A stretch of 37,240 nucleotides of DNA from Planctomycetota bacterium (GCA_045863855.1 BTVV01000057.1:1-37240), one strand, 5' to 3'. Shown: positions 18,601 to 27,682, counted from the first letter of the stretch. Translations and numbers: made by a program. The notes: generated by a model not told the origin, from the letters alone.

Positions 18601-19472
18601 TGGCGAAGTTCCTGGCCTGTCCGCGCCGCAGCGCGTGGGACGCGCATTCGCTTGAGGACCGGCCGTACGAGCGCAGGCATCAGGACGACGAGGAGCGCGC
18701 GGAGACCGACGAGAGCCACGAGCGCGGCGCGCCGAATGCGATTCGCGCATTGGGCACCGCCGCGCATGCGGCGCTGGAAGCGGCCGTCCGCTCGGGCGGC
18801 TCCGAAAGAACGGCCGTAGACACCGCTCGCCGGGCGTGGGAGGCCGCCCTGGTCGAAGAGAAGTCCGGTCCCGGCGCCAAGCGTGCGGCGCAAGCATGGA
18901 AGCGCATCGCCGCCGCGCTGAGCGGCGCTTGGGGCCGCTCGATTCTGGCCTTGCCGCCGGAGCGGCGTTTCGCCGAGCGCCCGTTTCGCTGGCGCGCGGA
19001 AATCGAAGGCGGTGCGGTGATCGTCACCGGGACGTTGGATGCGCTCTGCGCCGATGCCGACGGCGGCTGGCAAGTAGTCGACTACAAGCTCACTTCGAAA
19101 CAGCATCTGATGCAGGAGGGCGGGGGACGCGAGGCGTTGCTGCGTTATGCTTGGCAGGTGGGTCTGTATGCCTTCGTCGCGGCAAAGTTGCTGGGCGAGG
19201 AGTCCGAACGCGTGCGTCCGGCGCTGCTGTTTCTGGAAGACGATCCGGCCGAGCCGTGCGGGCTGCACGCGTTGCCGCTCGACCCGCCGCTGCGCGCGGG
19301 GCTTTCGGCCGCGACGGTGGAGGCTGGGCTAAAGGCGTTCCTGGCACAGCATGAAGGCGCCGAACCGAAAGCGGAGGTTTATCTCCCCGCCACGGAAGGC
19401 CCGCGAGCGCGCGAACCGCAGCGCTGCCGCGGCGAAGGCTGTCCGTACCTTGCGCGCTGTTTTGCGCTTTGA
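15654..19472 (+). CDS. addA: AddA-like UvrD/SF1 helicase-nuclease
   Basis: ASAGTGKT, TFTEKAA, TIHGFC, IDEFQD, VGDEKQSIYRFRGA, ENYRS, TVHKAKGLEF, LYVALTRA; nuclease GTLD...VDYK...QVGLY. Confidence 0.9.
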   Translation: MARRSPPPADSSLFDARPEPLSDSMNLSEEQRRAFGHPESRVISASAGTGKTHTLSAIYLGLLQGRVPFDGMDADAQLGLRPPQIVAVTFTEKAATELRERIRIRLEELRRLEPDPVRRAHLDRCRHELPGAPIQTIHGFCRTLLGEAGAQADVPRGFGMLEPADSRDLEERAYRETLADALDNESDPLLEQLAREWGVQNAFGGGVLEVARTLARQLARHVRTPEELLEAGHPEREQSDLCARIEAIHATIAAAPPKGRSVPSEELRQLVSAGVPEGTSERMRRHVHALLSGACNASGKGLLKWAEKAGLETEFAAALSAAHAPYRAALLRYAAAARARYRAEKFRRGALDFDDLLGEARALLARIPALAARFRFVLIDEFQDTDPLQRDILFRIAFPPHGQTQRARPRLAVVGDEKQSIYRFRGAEVSMMRQAGAELALCPLRENYRSRGAVLDYVNALFERSVWPPASNAILAYDANHRLVRPASAPERHGWDGPAAEWLEAPKTEGGEHAEQRRWRQARQLAQRIRTLVAPREKAALPRPVIWEKRDGRFERRESVRYGDIAILAGSLRHVRLPLEIWLTRFNIPFRMLGGASFYMRQVVLDVLNLLAAAADPTDRGALLGFLRSPFVPLSDGSIFRLAFDAASSEAAPKMELLDRIAAGDTRGLAGPEAAACAHAAELLKELRARKGRATIAESIDRACQATGFLSVLAMQPQGEVGVAAVRRLIETARRFEARGAQTLGDFVAWLREQADAERDDPGGGEERPDLEPDLPAHEEAVHIGTVHKAKGLEFPIVMLPDLSAPPNVRQPDALYRPECGLGLSLGFAREGLPKQGDAAYARAKDAERAAEREESQRRLYVALTRAREYLVFCDDAPYAKKPANFDETWLAWLRAHEEIAEPLDLPVALRVAYEHPDLLAAAPAPSPSLLDWDADPPAVRAGVSHEAAEAEGKRLRALLESAQTLPAPAARARVVEVSASALAKFLACPRRSAWDAHSLEDRPYERRHQDDEERAETDESHERGAPNAIRALGTAAHAALEAAVRSGGSERTAVDTARRAWEAALVEEKSGPGAKRAAQAWKRIAAALSGAWGRSILALPPERRFAERPFRWRAEIEGGAVIVTGTLDALCADADGGWQVVDYKLTSKQHLMQEGGGREALLRYAWQVGLYAFVAAKLLGEESERVRPALLFLEDDPAEPCGLHALPLDPPLRAGLSAATVEAGLKAFLAQHEGAEPKAEVYLPATEGPRAREPQRCRGEGCPYLARCFAL

Positions 19473-19526
19473 TGGCTTTGCGCGGTGTGTAAAACCAGGA
19501 CCGGTTCGTAACAACCGAGGAATGCC

Positions 19527-20063
19527 TTGAGCGAGATGACTCCGGAGCGCGCGCAGCGAGCCTTCATGCGCGTGTCGGGATATGTGGACCTGGACCTCTA
19601 CGACCTGGCTTTGGAAAGCCTGGAGCCCGTGGAGGCGAGCGGCCGCTTCGCGGCGGAATGCCGCTTCTGGCGCGGCGAAATGTTCCGTGCGCGCGACGAG
19701 TACACCGCCGCGCTGCCGTATTTCGAAGAGGTCCTGCGAATCGAACCGGGACACGTGGGTGCGACGGTGAGCGCGGGCTGGTGCCTGAAGCGCCTGGCGC
19801 GGCTGGCCGAAGCGATGCCCTTATACGCCGAGGCGGTGAAGCAGCATCCCGATGTGGCTGTTTTGCATTACAACAAGGCCTGTTACCTGAGCCTGCTGGG
19901 CGAAGCCGGTTCGGCCATCGAGGCCCTCGACCTTGCGATCGAGTTGGAACCCGAGTTTCGGATGCTGGCGCGGACGGAAGCGGACTTCGATCCGATTCGC
20001 GCAATGACGGCGTTCCAGGAACGGCTGGGACCGGCACCGGAAGAGCACGTGCCGGACGAATAG
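19527..20063 (+). CDS. Tetratricopeptide repeat protein
   Basis: About four TPR-like units and a HYNKACYLSLLG...ADFD C-terminal motif; GAGG upstream of a TTG start. Confidence 0.85.
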   Translation: MSEMTPERAQRAFMRVSGYVDLDLYDLALESLEPVEASGRFAAECRFWRGEMFRARDEYTAALPYFEEVLRIEPGHVGATVSAGWCLKRLARLAEAMPLYAEAVKQHPDVAVLHYNKACYLSLLGEAGSAIEALDLAIELEPEFRMLARTEADFDPIRAMTAFQERLGPAPEEHVPDE

Positions 20064-20090
20064 TCCGAAACCTTTTGAGGAGAACGGACC

Positions 20091-21740
20091 GTGGCGACCA
20101 CCGATATCCGCTCGCGCATCGATAAGCTCTGGCCCAAGGCTCACGACGTGCCAGGGACTCACGATTTCGCGCCCGGCGGCGGGCTGTACGAGCGTGGCGA
20201 TCTGTACCTCGTGGACGGGGAGGTGCGTAAGTGGTCGGGCGCGATGGAGAAGGTGTATTCGCCGCTGTGCGTGGAAGGGCGCGATGGGCAGATCGCGCCG
20301 CGGTTGATTGGACATGCCGCGAGCCTGGACGCTCAAGCAGCCGGAGAGGCCATGGGCGCGGCGGTGCGCGCGTACGAACGCGGGCGCGGCAAGTGGCCTC
20401 AGATGAAAGTCGCCGAACGCATTCAGTGCGTGGAGCACTTTGCCGAACTAATGTCGGGGACGCGCGAGGAGGTCGTGCGCCTGCTGATGTGGGAGATCGG
20501 GAAGTCGCGGAAGGACTGCGAGAAGGAGTTCGACCGCACCGTCGAATACATCCACGACACGGTGGATGCCCTGAAGGAAGTGGACCGCTCGGGCGGGCGC
20601 TTCCAGCTTCACGACGGCATTCTGGCGCAGATCCGGCGCAGCCCGTTGGGCGTGACGCTGTGCATGGGGCCTTACAATTACCCGCTCAACGAGACGTTCA
20701 CGACGCTGATTCCGGCGCTGATCATGGGCAACACGGTGGTTTGCAAACTGCCGCGTTTCGGTGTGCTGTGCAGCGCGCCACTGCTGCGCTGCTTCGCGAC
20801 GGCGTTCCCCGCCGGCGTGGTCAACATCGTCAACGGCGACGGCCCGGTGGTGGTGGGTCCGGCGATATCGAATGAACATCTCGCCGCGCTCGCGTTCATC
20901 GGTTCGGCAAAGGTCGCAAACATCCTGAAGCGCCAGCATCCCAAGCCCAACCGGCTGCGTTGTATCCTGGGGCTGAACGCCAAGAATCCGGGCATCGTGC
21001 TGCCGGACGCGGACCTGGATCTGACGGTGGAGCAGGTGGTGATGGGCGCGCTCTCGTTCAACGGGCAGCGCTGCACGGCGCTCAAGCTGATCTTCGTACA
21101 GAAGAGCATTGCCGATGCGTTCGTGGCGAAGCTGGCCGCGGCCGTGGACGCGTTGCCCTTCGGGTTGCCGTGGGATCCGGGCGTGAAACTCACGCCGCTG
21201 CCCGAGCCCGGTAAAGCCGAGTACCTGCAAGGGCTGGTTGACGATGCGGCGAAACTTGGCGCAAAGTCCGCCAATCGCTTCGGTGGATTGTCCAACCGCA
21301 GCTTTTATTTCCCCTCGGTGCTGTATCCGGTCAATGCGAAGATGCGCGTGTACCACGAGGAACAGTTCGGGCCGGTGATCCCGGTGGTGCCGTACGAAGA
21401 CGTGAAAGAGGTGCTCGACTACGTGACGGCCGTTCCGTTCGGACAGCAGGCCAGCGTATTCGGGCATCACCCGGCGGTGGTGGGGCCGCTGGTGGACGTG
21501 CTGGCGCACGAAGTCTGCCGCGTGAATTTGAACGCGCAGTGCCAGCGCGGACCGGACGTGTATCCCTTTACCGGCCGCAAAGACAGCGCGGAGGGGACGC
21601 TTTCGGTCGGCGACGCGCTGCGTTGCTTCTCGATCCGCTCCATGGTCGCCGCGCCGAGCAATGGGGCGAACAAGGAACTCCTGCAAGGCGTGCTCTTGCA
21701 GCGCACGTCGAACTTCATCAACACCGATTACATCTTCTGA
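20091..21740 (+). CDS. Aldehyde dehydrogenase, long GapN-like (NADP-dependent G3P dehydrogenase) type
   Basis: MGPYNYPLNE, FIGSA, FNGQRCTA with catalytic Cys, EEQFGP, PFTGRKDSAEGTLS; GAGGAG RBS. Confidence 0.85.
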   Translation: MATTDIRSRIDKLWPKAHDVPGTHDFAPGGGLYERGDLYLVDGEVRKWSGAMEKVYSPLCVEGRDGQIAPRLIGHAASLDAQAAGEAMGAAVRAYERGRGKWPQMKVAERIQCVEHFAELMSGTREEVVRLLMWEIGKSRKDCEKEFDRTVEYIHDTVDALKEVDRSGGRFQLHDGILAQIRRSPLGVTLCMGPYNYPLNETFTTLIPALIMGNTVVCKLPRFGVLCSAPLLRCFATAFPAGVVNIVNGDGPVVVGPAISNEHLAALAFIGSAKVANILKRQHPKPNRLRCILGLNAKNPGIVLPDADLDLTVEQVVMGALSFNGQRCTALKLIFVQKSIADAFVAKLAAAVDALPFGLPWDPGVKLTPLPEPGKAEYLQGLVDDAAKLGAKSANRFGGLSNRSFYFPSVLYPVNAKMRVYHEEQFGPVIPVVPYEDVKEVLDYVTAVPFGQQASVFGHHPAVVGPLVDVLAHEVCRVNLNAQCQRGPDVYPFTGRKDSAEGTLSVGDALRCFSIRSMVAAPSNGANKELLQGVLLQRTSNFINTDYIF

Positions 21741-21743
21741 GTA

Positions 21744-24572
21744 TTACTCGGCCAGCAGTTTCAGGATGCTTTCCTTCAGTTCGACCAGCGTGTCGCCGCT
21801 GACCTTTCCGAAGGTCACGGCGGCCGCGTCGTCGGTGAAGGCCTGCTTGAAATCGCTCGCCAAATTCAGCTTCTGGCTGACCAGCGCGCGGCTGTGTGCG
21901 CGGCCCCAGCCTTTTTTCTGTTCGAGCAGCCGGAGCAGTTCGCAGATCTGCGCGCCTTGGCGCATTGCATGGACACGGAAGCTGGCGATGGCCAGGACAC
22001 CGAAGCGTTTGGAGCCGTCCACGATCAGCCCGTTTCCGCTCGTGCCTTCGTCGCCCTTATCGAAGCACGCATCGCCGCCGATGCTCTGCCAGGGCAGCAC
22101 GCCGTCGCATTCGTGGACGTACGCTTTAAGCGTCCAGAGCGTACTCTGATGGTTGGCCAGGTTGTTGGCGTTGCAGCCGCCGTAGGCCCAAAGCTTCGTC
22201 GGCATGCGGCGCTTGCTGGCGCGCATCAGCGGGAGCATTTCGAACTGATTGCCCGCGCTGACCATGATCTCCATGAGGCCGTCCATGTAGCTGCCCTGCC
22301 ACATCGGACGCGAGATATCGCCGCGGTAGACGAATTGCGTAGTCTTCACGTCTTTCAGGCCGGCATGGAAAAGGCGGCTGTAGAATTTGAGCGCCTGCCA
22401 ATCGAGCAGCGTCTGCGGTTCGTCGAGCGTCCAGGCCGTGCCCGTCATCCCCGGTACTTTGACTTTCTGGCCGTCCTTCTCGACGTCCACGCGCCCATAC
22501 TGGAGCTTGTTGTTGTTGTAGCATTCCAGCAGCGTCTTGGTCCAACCCTTCTCTTCGGCGTGCTTCACGTAATCCGCCACGCAGCGCGCGAAGGCGTCCT
22601 TGTACTCCTGGGAGAAGGCATCCTCCGGCGCCTTGGCCCAGATGTTGTGCTTCCAATGCCAGCCTTCGCCCACAAGTTCGGCCTTTTCGCCGGGCCGGTA
22701 GTGCTCTTTGATAGGCAGCGGATAGGACTCGTTGAACGGCAGGTAGATCGCCGCGATCGGAACCCCGTCGCGCGGATTGCCTTTGAACAAGCTGCCGTCC
22801 AGCATCGGGCCGATATTCTTGTCGAAGGTCGACCAGTCGGTGACCCGGCCGTTGGCGTCCACTTTGGCGCTGAAGTCGGCGTGCGTGCGCCCGTTGTGGT
22901 TATGCGTAACGCGGTTGATCGTATTGCGGTGGTAGTGTGCGATTTTGTGCGCCGCGTAAAAGGCTTCCGTGCCGGCATCGCTGATCGGACCGCCGTAACA
23001 GTTTAATTCGGGCTGGAAATTCAGTTCGTCGGGAATGACCGGCGCGCGAATGTCGAGCACCAGCTTAAGCGTGAGTTCGCCCAAGCCGGCCGCCGTGAGC
23101 TTCACGGCGCCTTCGCGCACGCCCGGCTTGGCGTCTTTGGGTACGATCAAGTCCACCGATACGGCTGCCGCCTGCTGGCCTTCTATTTTGTTGTCCGCCG
23201 CCGGAATAGCGAGCGCTTCGCCGGCTTTCATCGGAATTGCGTACTCGGCCTGCCAGTGTTCGCCGACCTTCACGAACCAGGTGCGCCAGGCATTCGCTTT
23301 TATCCCGTCCAAACCTTCGACCGAAACGGCGATGCCTTCGGCGGGACCGTGCAGCGCGAGCTGGAACGCGGCGATATCCCCGCGCGCGGAAACGATGCGC
23401 ACGGTCTTCGACGCCGCATCCCAAACGCTGTTCTTGTTGGAGGCGGCCTCCATGCCTTCTTCTAGAATCAGCTTTCCGGTGAGGGGGTCGAGTTTGCAGA
23501 TTTCGGGATAGGCGAAGACGGTGACTTTATCGCCCAGCTTCGGCGCTTCGCCGCCGGTGGCCTTGAACTCGGACGGGGGCAGCTTAGGAACCGTGATCGC
23601 CGGGCTGGTACGCGCCTTGACGGTTACGGCTTCGGCGTTCTGGCCGGTGGCGGTGAGCGAGACGATCTCGAGGCTCACGTCGGCATCGGGTTTCTGGTAG
23701 GCCAAGAAGAAGGACTGCTTCGATCCGGGCGTTCCGGCGAATGGAATTTGCCAGCGCGGAATTTCCGCGCCGTCCACCTTCACCTGATAGGCAAAAGCGC
23801 CGGTCGGCACGGTGAGGCTTACCGCGAGCGCTCCGCTGTCGTGCAGCGCTTCCAGCGGAGCGGGTTCGGCCTTGACCTCACCGGGTGGGGGAGGCGGAGC
23901 CGCCGGTCCCGGCGTGTCGACCTCGACTTCCAAAAACGCGGCCTTCCCGCCTTCGCGCGAAAAGATGAACGAATTGGTGCTGATGAACGCGCTGCCTTCC
24001 ATGAGCATCAAGCCATGCGAGGCGCCGATCGCGAGCGCTTGCACCAGGCGTACGTCCACGGGCATGGCCAGCCAGCCGTCCTTCGGATGCCCGCCGTCCA
24101 CGTCGCAGCGCAGCGTTTCGCCGTTGCCTAGGATCACGTCCCAGTTGCGGCTGCCTGGATGCGCCCAAGCGCGCTTGCCGAAATCGGCCTCGTTGAAGGT
24201 CGCTCCCGGCGTCTTCTCCGCGTAGTCGCCGCCCGTGCCTTCTTCCCACGGGCTGCTCACGGTGGAAATCGTGAACCAGCGCAGGTCGGTTCCGCGATCG
24301 CCGCCGAACTTCACGCCCGATTCGGGCGCGACGTACAGCTTCGCGGAGCGGATAGACTTGCCTTTGAGCTTGGAGACGTCGAAGTCCAGCAGCGCGTATT
24401 CCTGATAGCCTTTCATTTTCAGGTGCTTCGCGCCGCCCATGTTCATATTCACTTCCTGGCTGTCCGAGCTGAGCCAGGTATCGCGGGTGGCTTCCAGTTT
24501 AATCGTTTCCGCGTGAATCAAGCGGGGAGCCAGCAGCACCGCGGCGCACAACACAAGACCGGTCCATCGCAT
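21744..24572 (-). CDS. Secreted multidomain protein: DNRLRE/CBM96-like, Ig/FN3-like and GH123/DUF4091-like (paralog 2)
   Basis: Signal peptide; DTWL...ALLDFDVS...SAKL; ARGDIAAFQ; WTLDEP; C-terminal SFRVHAMRQG...ELLRLL; GAGGAG RBS. Confidence 0.75.
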   Translation of the reverse strand: MRWTGLVLCAAVLLAPRLIHAETIKLEATRDTWLSSDSQEVNMNMGGAKHLKMKGYQEYALLDFDVSKLKGKSIRSAKLYVAPESGVKFGGDRGTDLRWFTISTVSSPWEEGTGGDYAEKTPGATFNEADFGKRAWAHPGSRNWDVILGNGETLRCDVDGGHPKDGWLAMPVDVRLVQALAIGASHGLMLMEGSAFISTNSFIFSREGGKAAFLEVEVDTPGPAAPPPPPGEVKAEPAPLEALHDSGALAVSLTVPTGAFAYQVKVDGAEIPRWQIPFAGTPGSKQSFFLAYQKPDADVSLEIVSLTATGQNAEAVTVKARTSPAITVPKLPPSEFKATGGEAPKLGDKVTVFAYPEICKLDPLTGKLILEEGMEAASNKNSVWDAASKTVRIVSARGDIAAFQLALHGPAEGIAVSVEGLDGIKANAWRTWFVKVGEHWQAEYAIPMKAGEALAIPAADNKIEGQQAAAVSVDLIVPKDAKPGVREGAVKLTAAGLGELTLKLVLDIRAPVIPDELNFQPELNCYGGPISDAGTEAFYAAHKIAHYHRNTINRVTHNHNGRTHADFSAKVDANGRVTDWSTFDKNIGPMLDGSLFKGNPRDGVPIAAIYLPFNESYPLPIKEHYRPGEKAELVGEGWHWKHNIWAKAPEDAFSQEYKDAFARCVADYVKHAEEKGWTKTLLECYNNNKLQYGRVDVEKDGQKVKVPGMTGTAWTLDEPQTLLDWQALKFYSRLFHAGLKDVKTTQFVYRGDISRPMWQGSYMDGLMEIMVSAGNQFEMLPLMRASKRRMPTKLWAYGGCNANNLANHQSTLWTLKAYVHECDGVLPWQSIGGDACFDKGDEGTSGNGLIVDGSKRFGVLAIASFRVHAMRQGAQICELLRLLEQKKGWGRAHSRALVSQKLNLASDFKQAFTDDAAAVTFGKVSGDTLVELKESILKLLAE

Positions 24573-24612
24573 CGGAAGCTTTCTCCTCTCGAGCCATTTT
24601 CGGAACGTCGGC

Positions 24613-27423
24613 CTACTTCGTGAGCAGCTTCAGCACGCCTTCCTTCAACTTCACGAACGCATCGCCGTTCAAATCCTTAAAGGTAAGGGCCGCGGCGTCG
24701 TCGGTGAACGCCTGGCGGAATTCGCTGCCCAGCGGGATCGTCTGTCCGACCAGAACGCCGATATGCCCTCGGCCCCAGCCGTTCTTCTTTTGCAGGAGGC
24801 GCAGGAGTTCCACGATTTCGGCGCCTTCACGCATGGCGTGTACGCGGAAGCTCGCCACCGCATGCAGCCCGAAACGCTTGGTGCCGTCCACGATCAGGGC
24901 GTTGCCGTTGTCGTCGTCGCCGCTGTCGAAGGCTTTATCTCCGCCGAGGCTCTGCCACGGCAGTACGCCGTCGGCGCCGACGCAGTAGCTCTTTAAGCAC
25001 CACGCCGCAGATTCGTGATTCGCGCGCGTCTGGTCGTTACAGCCGCCGTACGCGAAAAGGATCGTCGGCATCCGCTCGGCCTGCGCGCGCACGATTTCGT
25101 AGGTTTCGAAGAGCACGCCCCCGACGTACATGATCTCCATGAGGCCGTCCATGCAGGAGCCCTGCCACATCGGCCGGGAGATGTCGCCGCGGTACTGCCA
25201 GGTCGTCTTTTTGGCATCCTTGGCGCCTTCGTGGAACAGCTGGCTGTAGAATTTCAGCGCGTGCCAGTCGAGGTACTCGAACGGTTCGTCCATCGTCCAC
25301 GCCGTGCCGCGTATGCCAGCGGCTTCGTCCCCGAAGTATTGTTTGTTGTTGTTGTAGGCCTGAAACCACGTGCGGGTCCAGCCTTTCTCTTCGGCGTGCG
25401 CCACGAACTCTTTTGTGCAGGTAACAAACGCGTCCTTGTACGCTTTGGTGAAGGCTTCTTCCGGCGGCTTGGCTTTGATGTCGTGAATCGCCTTCCAGCC
25501 CTTGCCTGTCGTGGGCACTCCAGGACCCGGCTGATAATGCTTTAGCATCGGAGCGGGCCAGTTTTCGTGCAGCGGCAGGTATAGACATGGGATCGGTACG
25601 CCCGCGCGCGGGTTGTCCTTGAACGCGCTCCCGTCAAGCAACGGCCCGAGATTTTTGTCCCAAACCGACCAGTCGCTGATCTTTCCGTCTTCACCGGCCT
25701 GAGGCATCCAGTCTTCGTGGGTGCGCCCGCTTTGGCTGTAGGGCACCCGGTTGATCGTGTTGCGGTGGTAATGCGCGAGGCGGAAGCTGTCGAAGAAGTG
25801 CTCGGTACCCGCCTGGCCCGGGCCGCCGTAGCAGTTCAGTTCCGGCACGAAGTTCAGCTCTTTCGGGATCTCCACGTCGTACACATTCAGCTTCAAGGCC
25901 AGCTCGACGGTCGCACCGCCGGAGGTCACACGAACCGTTCCGCCCTGCATGCCCGGCTTGGCGTTCGCCGGCACGATCAGGTCCACGGCCACCACCGCGC
26001 ACTTCTGATCCGGAATCTTGTTATCGGCGGCCGGAATGGAAAGCTTCTCGCCGGCTTTGATAGGCAACGCATAGTCGGCCTGCCAACCCTTCTTGTTGAT
26101 GAACCAGGTTCGCCAGAGCTTGGCGGTTACGCCCGCGGGCAGACCGTGGACATGCACCTCCAGATCGTCCACCGGTGCGCCCGTCGCAAGCAGCGCGAGC
26201 TGAAAGCCGGCGATCTCGCCGCGCGCCGAGGCGACGTAAATCGTCTTCGAGCCGGCGACCCAGACCGAATTGTTGCTGGAAGCGTTTGCCATATCCTGCT
26301 CATGAACGATCTGTCCGTTGGCCGGATCGAGCTTGCAAATCTGCGGCACGGCCCAAACTTTTAGCTTATCGCCCACCGCCGGAGCTTCGCCGACCTGCGG
26401 CTTCCAATCGACCGTCGGCAGCGCCGGGACCGTGAGCTTGGAACTGCTCTTGCCTTTCACGGCAACCGGCTCGCTCGCGTTCCCCGAGGCATCGACGGCG
26501 ACGATTTCGAGGTTCAGGTCGGCGTCGGGCTTGAGCCAGCGCAGCACAACGGATTGCGGTTTGCCTGCCGCCGTCGCGAACGGAGTCTGCCAGCGCGGAA
26601 GTTCCTGGCCATCGATCTTGATGCGGTACGCGAATGCGCCCTCCGGCACCGTGAAGGTCAGACGCGCGGCACCCTGGTCCTTCGTCGCCTCGTTGGGCAA
26701 CGCTTCGAGTTTGGGTGCGGCGGGCTTGGCCGGCGCGGCGGCATCGTCGCCTGCCAGTTCCACCGTTAGGTACGGCGCCTTGTTGCTCTCGCGTGTTGCG
26801 ATATAGCTGTTGCGGTCCACGCCCGTGGAACCGTCCATGATCATGAAGCCGTGGGACGCGCCGGCCACCAGCGCTTCGACCAGCGCCTTGTCGAGAGGAA
26901 TCTCGAACCAGCCGCCCTTCGGATCGCCCGCGTCCACGTCGCAGCGCAGGGTGTGCCCGTTGCCCAGGATCACGTCCCAGGCTTTGCTGCCCGGATGCGC
27001 CCAGGCGCGCGTCTTGTAGCTCGCCTCGTTAAACGTCGCGCCTTTTCCGGCTTCGTCGGTCGCGTATTGGCCGCCTTGTCCCTCGACCCACTCGCTGCTT
27101 ACCGTCGAAATCGTGAACCAGCGCAGATCGGTGCCGCGGCCTTTGCCGTGGACTTCGCCGCCCGCCGGCGCGACGTGGAGCACGGCTTTGGCGATCTTCT
27201 TCCCTTTCAGTGCCGCAACTTCGAAATCGAGGAGCCCGAATTCCTGCCACACTTTCAGCTTGATCCGCTCGGCTTTGCCGCCATTGGTGTCCGACTCGGA
27301 TTTGTTGGCCGCCGAAAGCCAGACATCGCGCGATGCGGCGCATTTGACCTCGCCCGCCTGAAGCGCGGTTCCTGTGCAGCACAGAGCGAATAAGAGAACC
27401 GAAGTAAGAAGGCTCAAACGCAT
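24613..27423 (-). CDS. Secreted multidomain protein: DNRLRE/CBM96-like, Ig/FN3-like and GH123/DUF4091-like (paralog 1)
   Basis: Signal peptide from ATG 27423 (MRLSLLTSVLL); collinear with paralog 2 (RGTDLRWFTISTVSS, WDVILGNG, FxPELNCYGGP, YNNNK, WTMDEP, YRGDISRPMWQGS). Confidence 0.75.
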   Translation of the reverse strand: MRLSLLTSVLLFALCCTGTALQAGEVKCAASRDVWLSAANKSESDTNGGKAERIKLKVWQEFGLLDFEVAALKGKKIAKAVLHVAPAGGEVHGKGRGTDLRWFTISTVSSEWVEGQGGQYATDEAGKGATFNEASYKTRAWAHPGSKAWDVILGNGHTLRCDVDAGDPKGGWFEIPLDKALVEALVAGASHGFMIMDGSTGVDRNSYIATRESNKAPYLTVELAGDDAAAPAKPAAPKLEALPNEATKDQGAARLTFTVPEGAFAYRIKIDGQELPRWQTPFATAAGKPQSVVLRWLKPDADLNLEIVAVDASGNASEPVAVKGKSSSKLTVPALPTVDWKPQVGEAPAVGDKLKVWAVPQICKLDPANGQIVHEQDMANASSNNSVWVAGSKTIYVASARGEIAGFQLALLATGAPVDDLEVHVHGLPAGVTAKLWRTWFINKKGWQADYALPIKAGEKLSIPAADNKIPDQKCAVVAVDLIVPANAKPGMQGGTVRVTSGGATVELALKLNVYDVEIPKELNFVPELNCYGGPGQAGTEHFFDSFRLAHYHRNTINRVPYSQSGRTHEDWMPQAGEDGKISDWSVWDKNLGPLLDGSAFKDNPRAGVPIPCLYLPLHENWPAPMLKHYQPGPGVPTTGKGWKAIHDIKAKPPEEAFTKAYKDAFVTCTKEFVAHAEEKGWTRTWFQAYNNNKQYFGDEAAGIRGTAWTMDEPFEYLDWHALKFYSQLFHEGAKDAKKTTWQYRGDISRPMWQGSCMDGLMEIMYVGGVLFETYEIVRAQAERMPTILFAYGGCNDQTRANHESAAWCLKSYCVGADGVLPWQSLGGDKAFDSGDDDNGNALIVDGTKRFGLHAVASFRVHAMREGAEIVELLRLLQKKNGWGRGHIGVLVGQTIPLGSEFRQAFTDDAAALTFKDLNGDAFVKLKEGVLKLLTK

Positions 27424-27654
27424 GATCCAGATCCCCAATGTGCCTCGTCTGCGGCTCCGAACACCCAAAAGCAAAAGTATGCACCAAGAAGGCAGCCGGT
27501 CGATGTCTAGACTACTTACTCCGGTTCGACGAATGTGCTCAAAGAAAATTCGGGCATTCGCCGCTGGTTCCGAGGCTTGTAAAGCGATTTGGCTTACGAT
27601 TCAAGCCCTGCAAGTCCTTGCGGAGCGTTGCTTCCTCGTGCTCGTCCCTTTCGC

Positions 27655-27682
27655 TTGACGGGCCTTGCGGGGCACCTATAAA
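27655..27682 (+). promoter_or_regulatory. Sigma70-type promoter of tig-clpP-clpX
   Basis: TTGACG (27655-27660), 16-bp spacer, TATAAA (27677-27682). Confidence 0.55.

Noticed and set aside
17658..19268. 536-aa minus-strand ORF inside addA
   Set aside because: Shadow ORF with Arg/Gly-rich composition and no motifs
12303..19472. Helicase-nuclease pair as an anti-phage defence system or Cas4 locus
   Set aside because: Order, size and motifs fit housekeeping AddAB; no cas genes, CRISPR repeats or defence-island context seen
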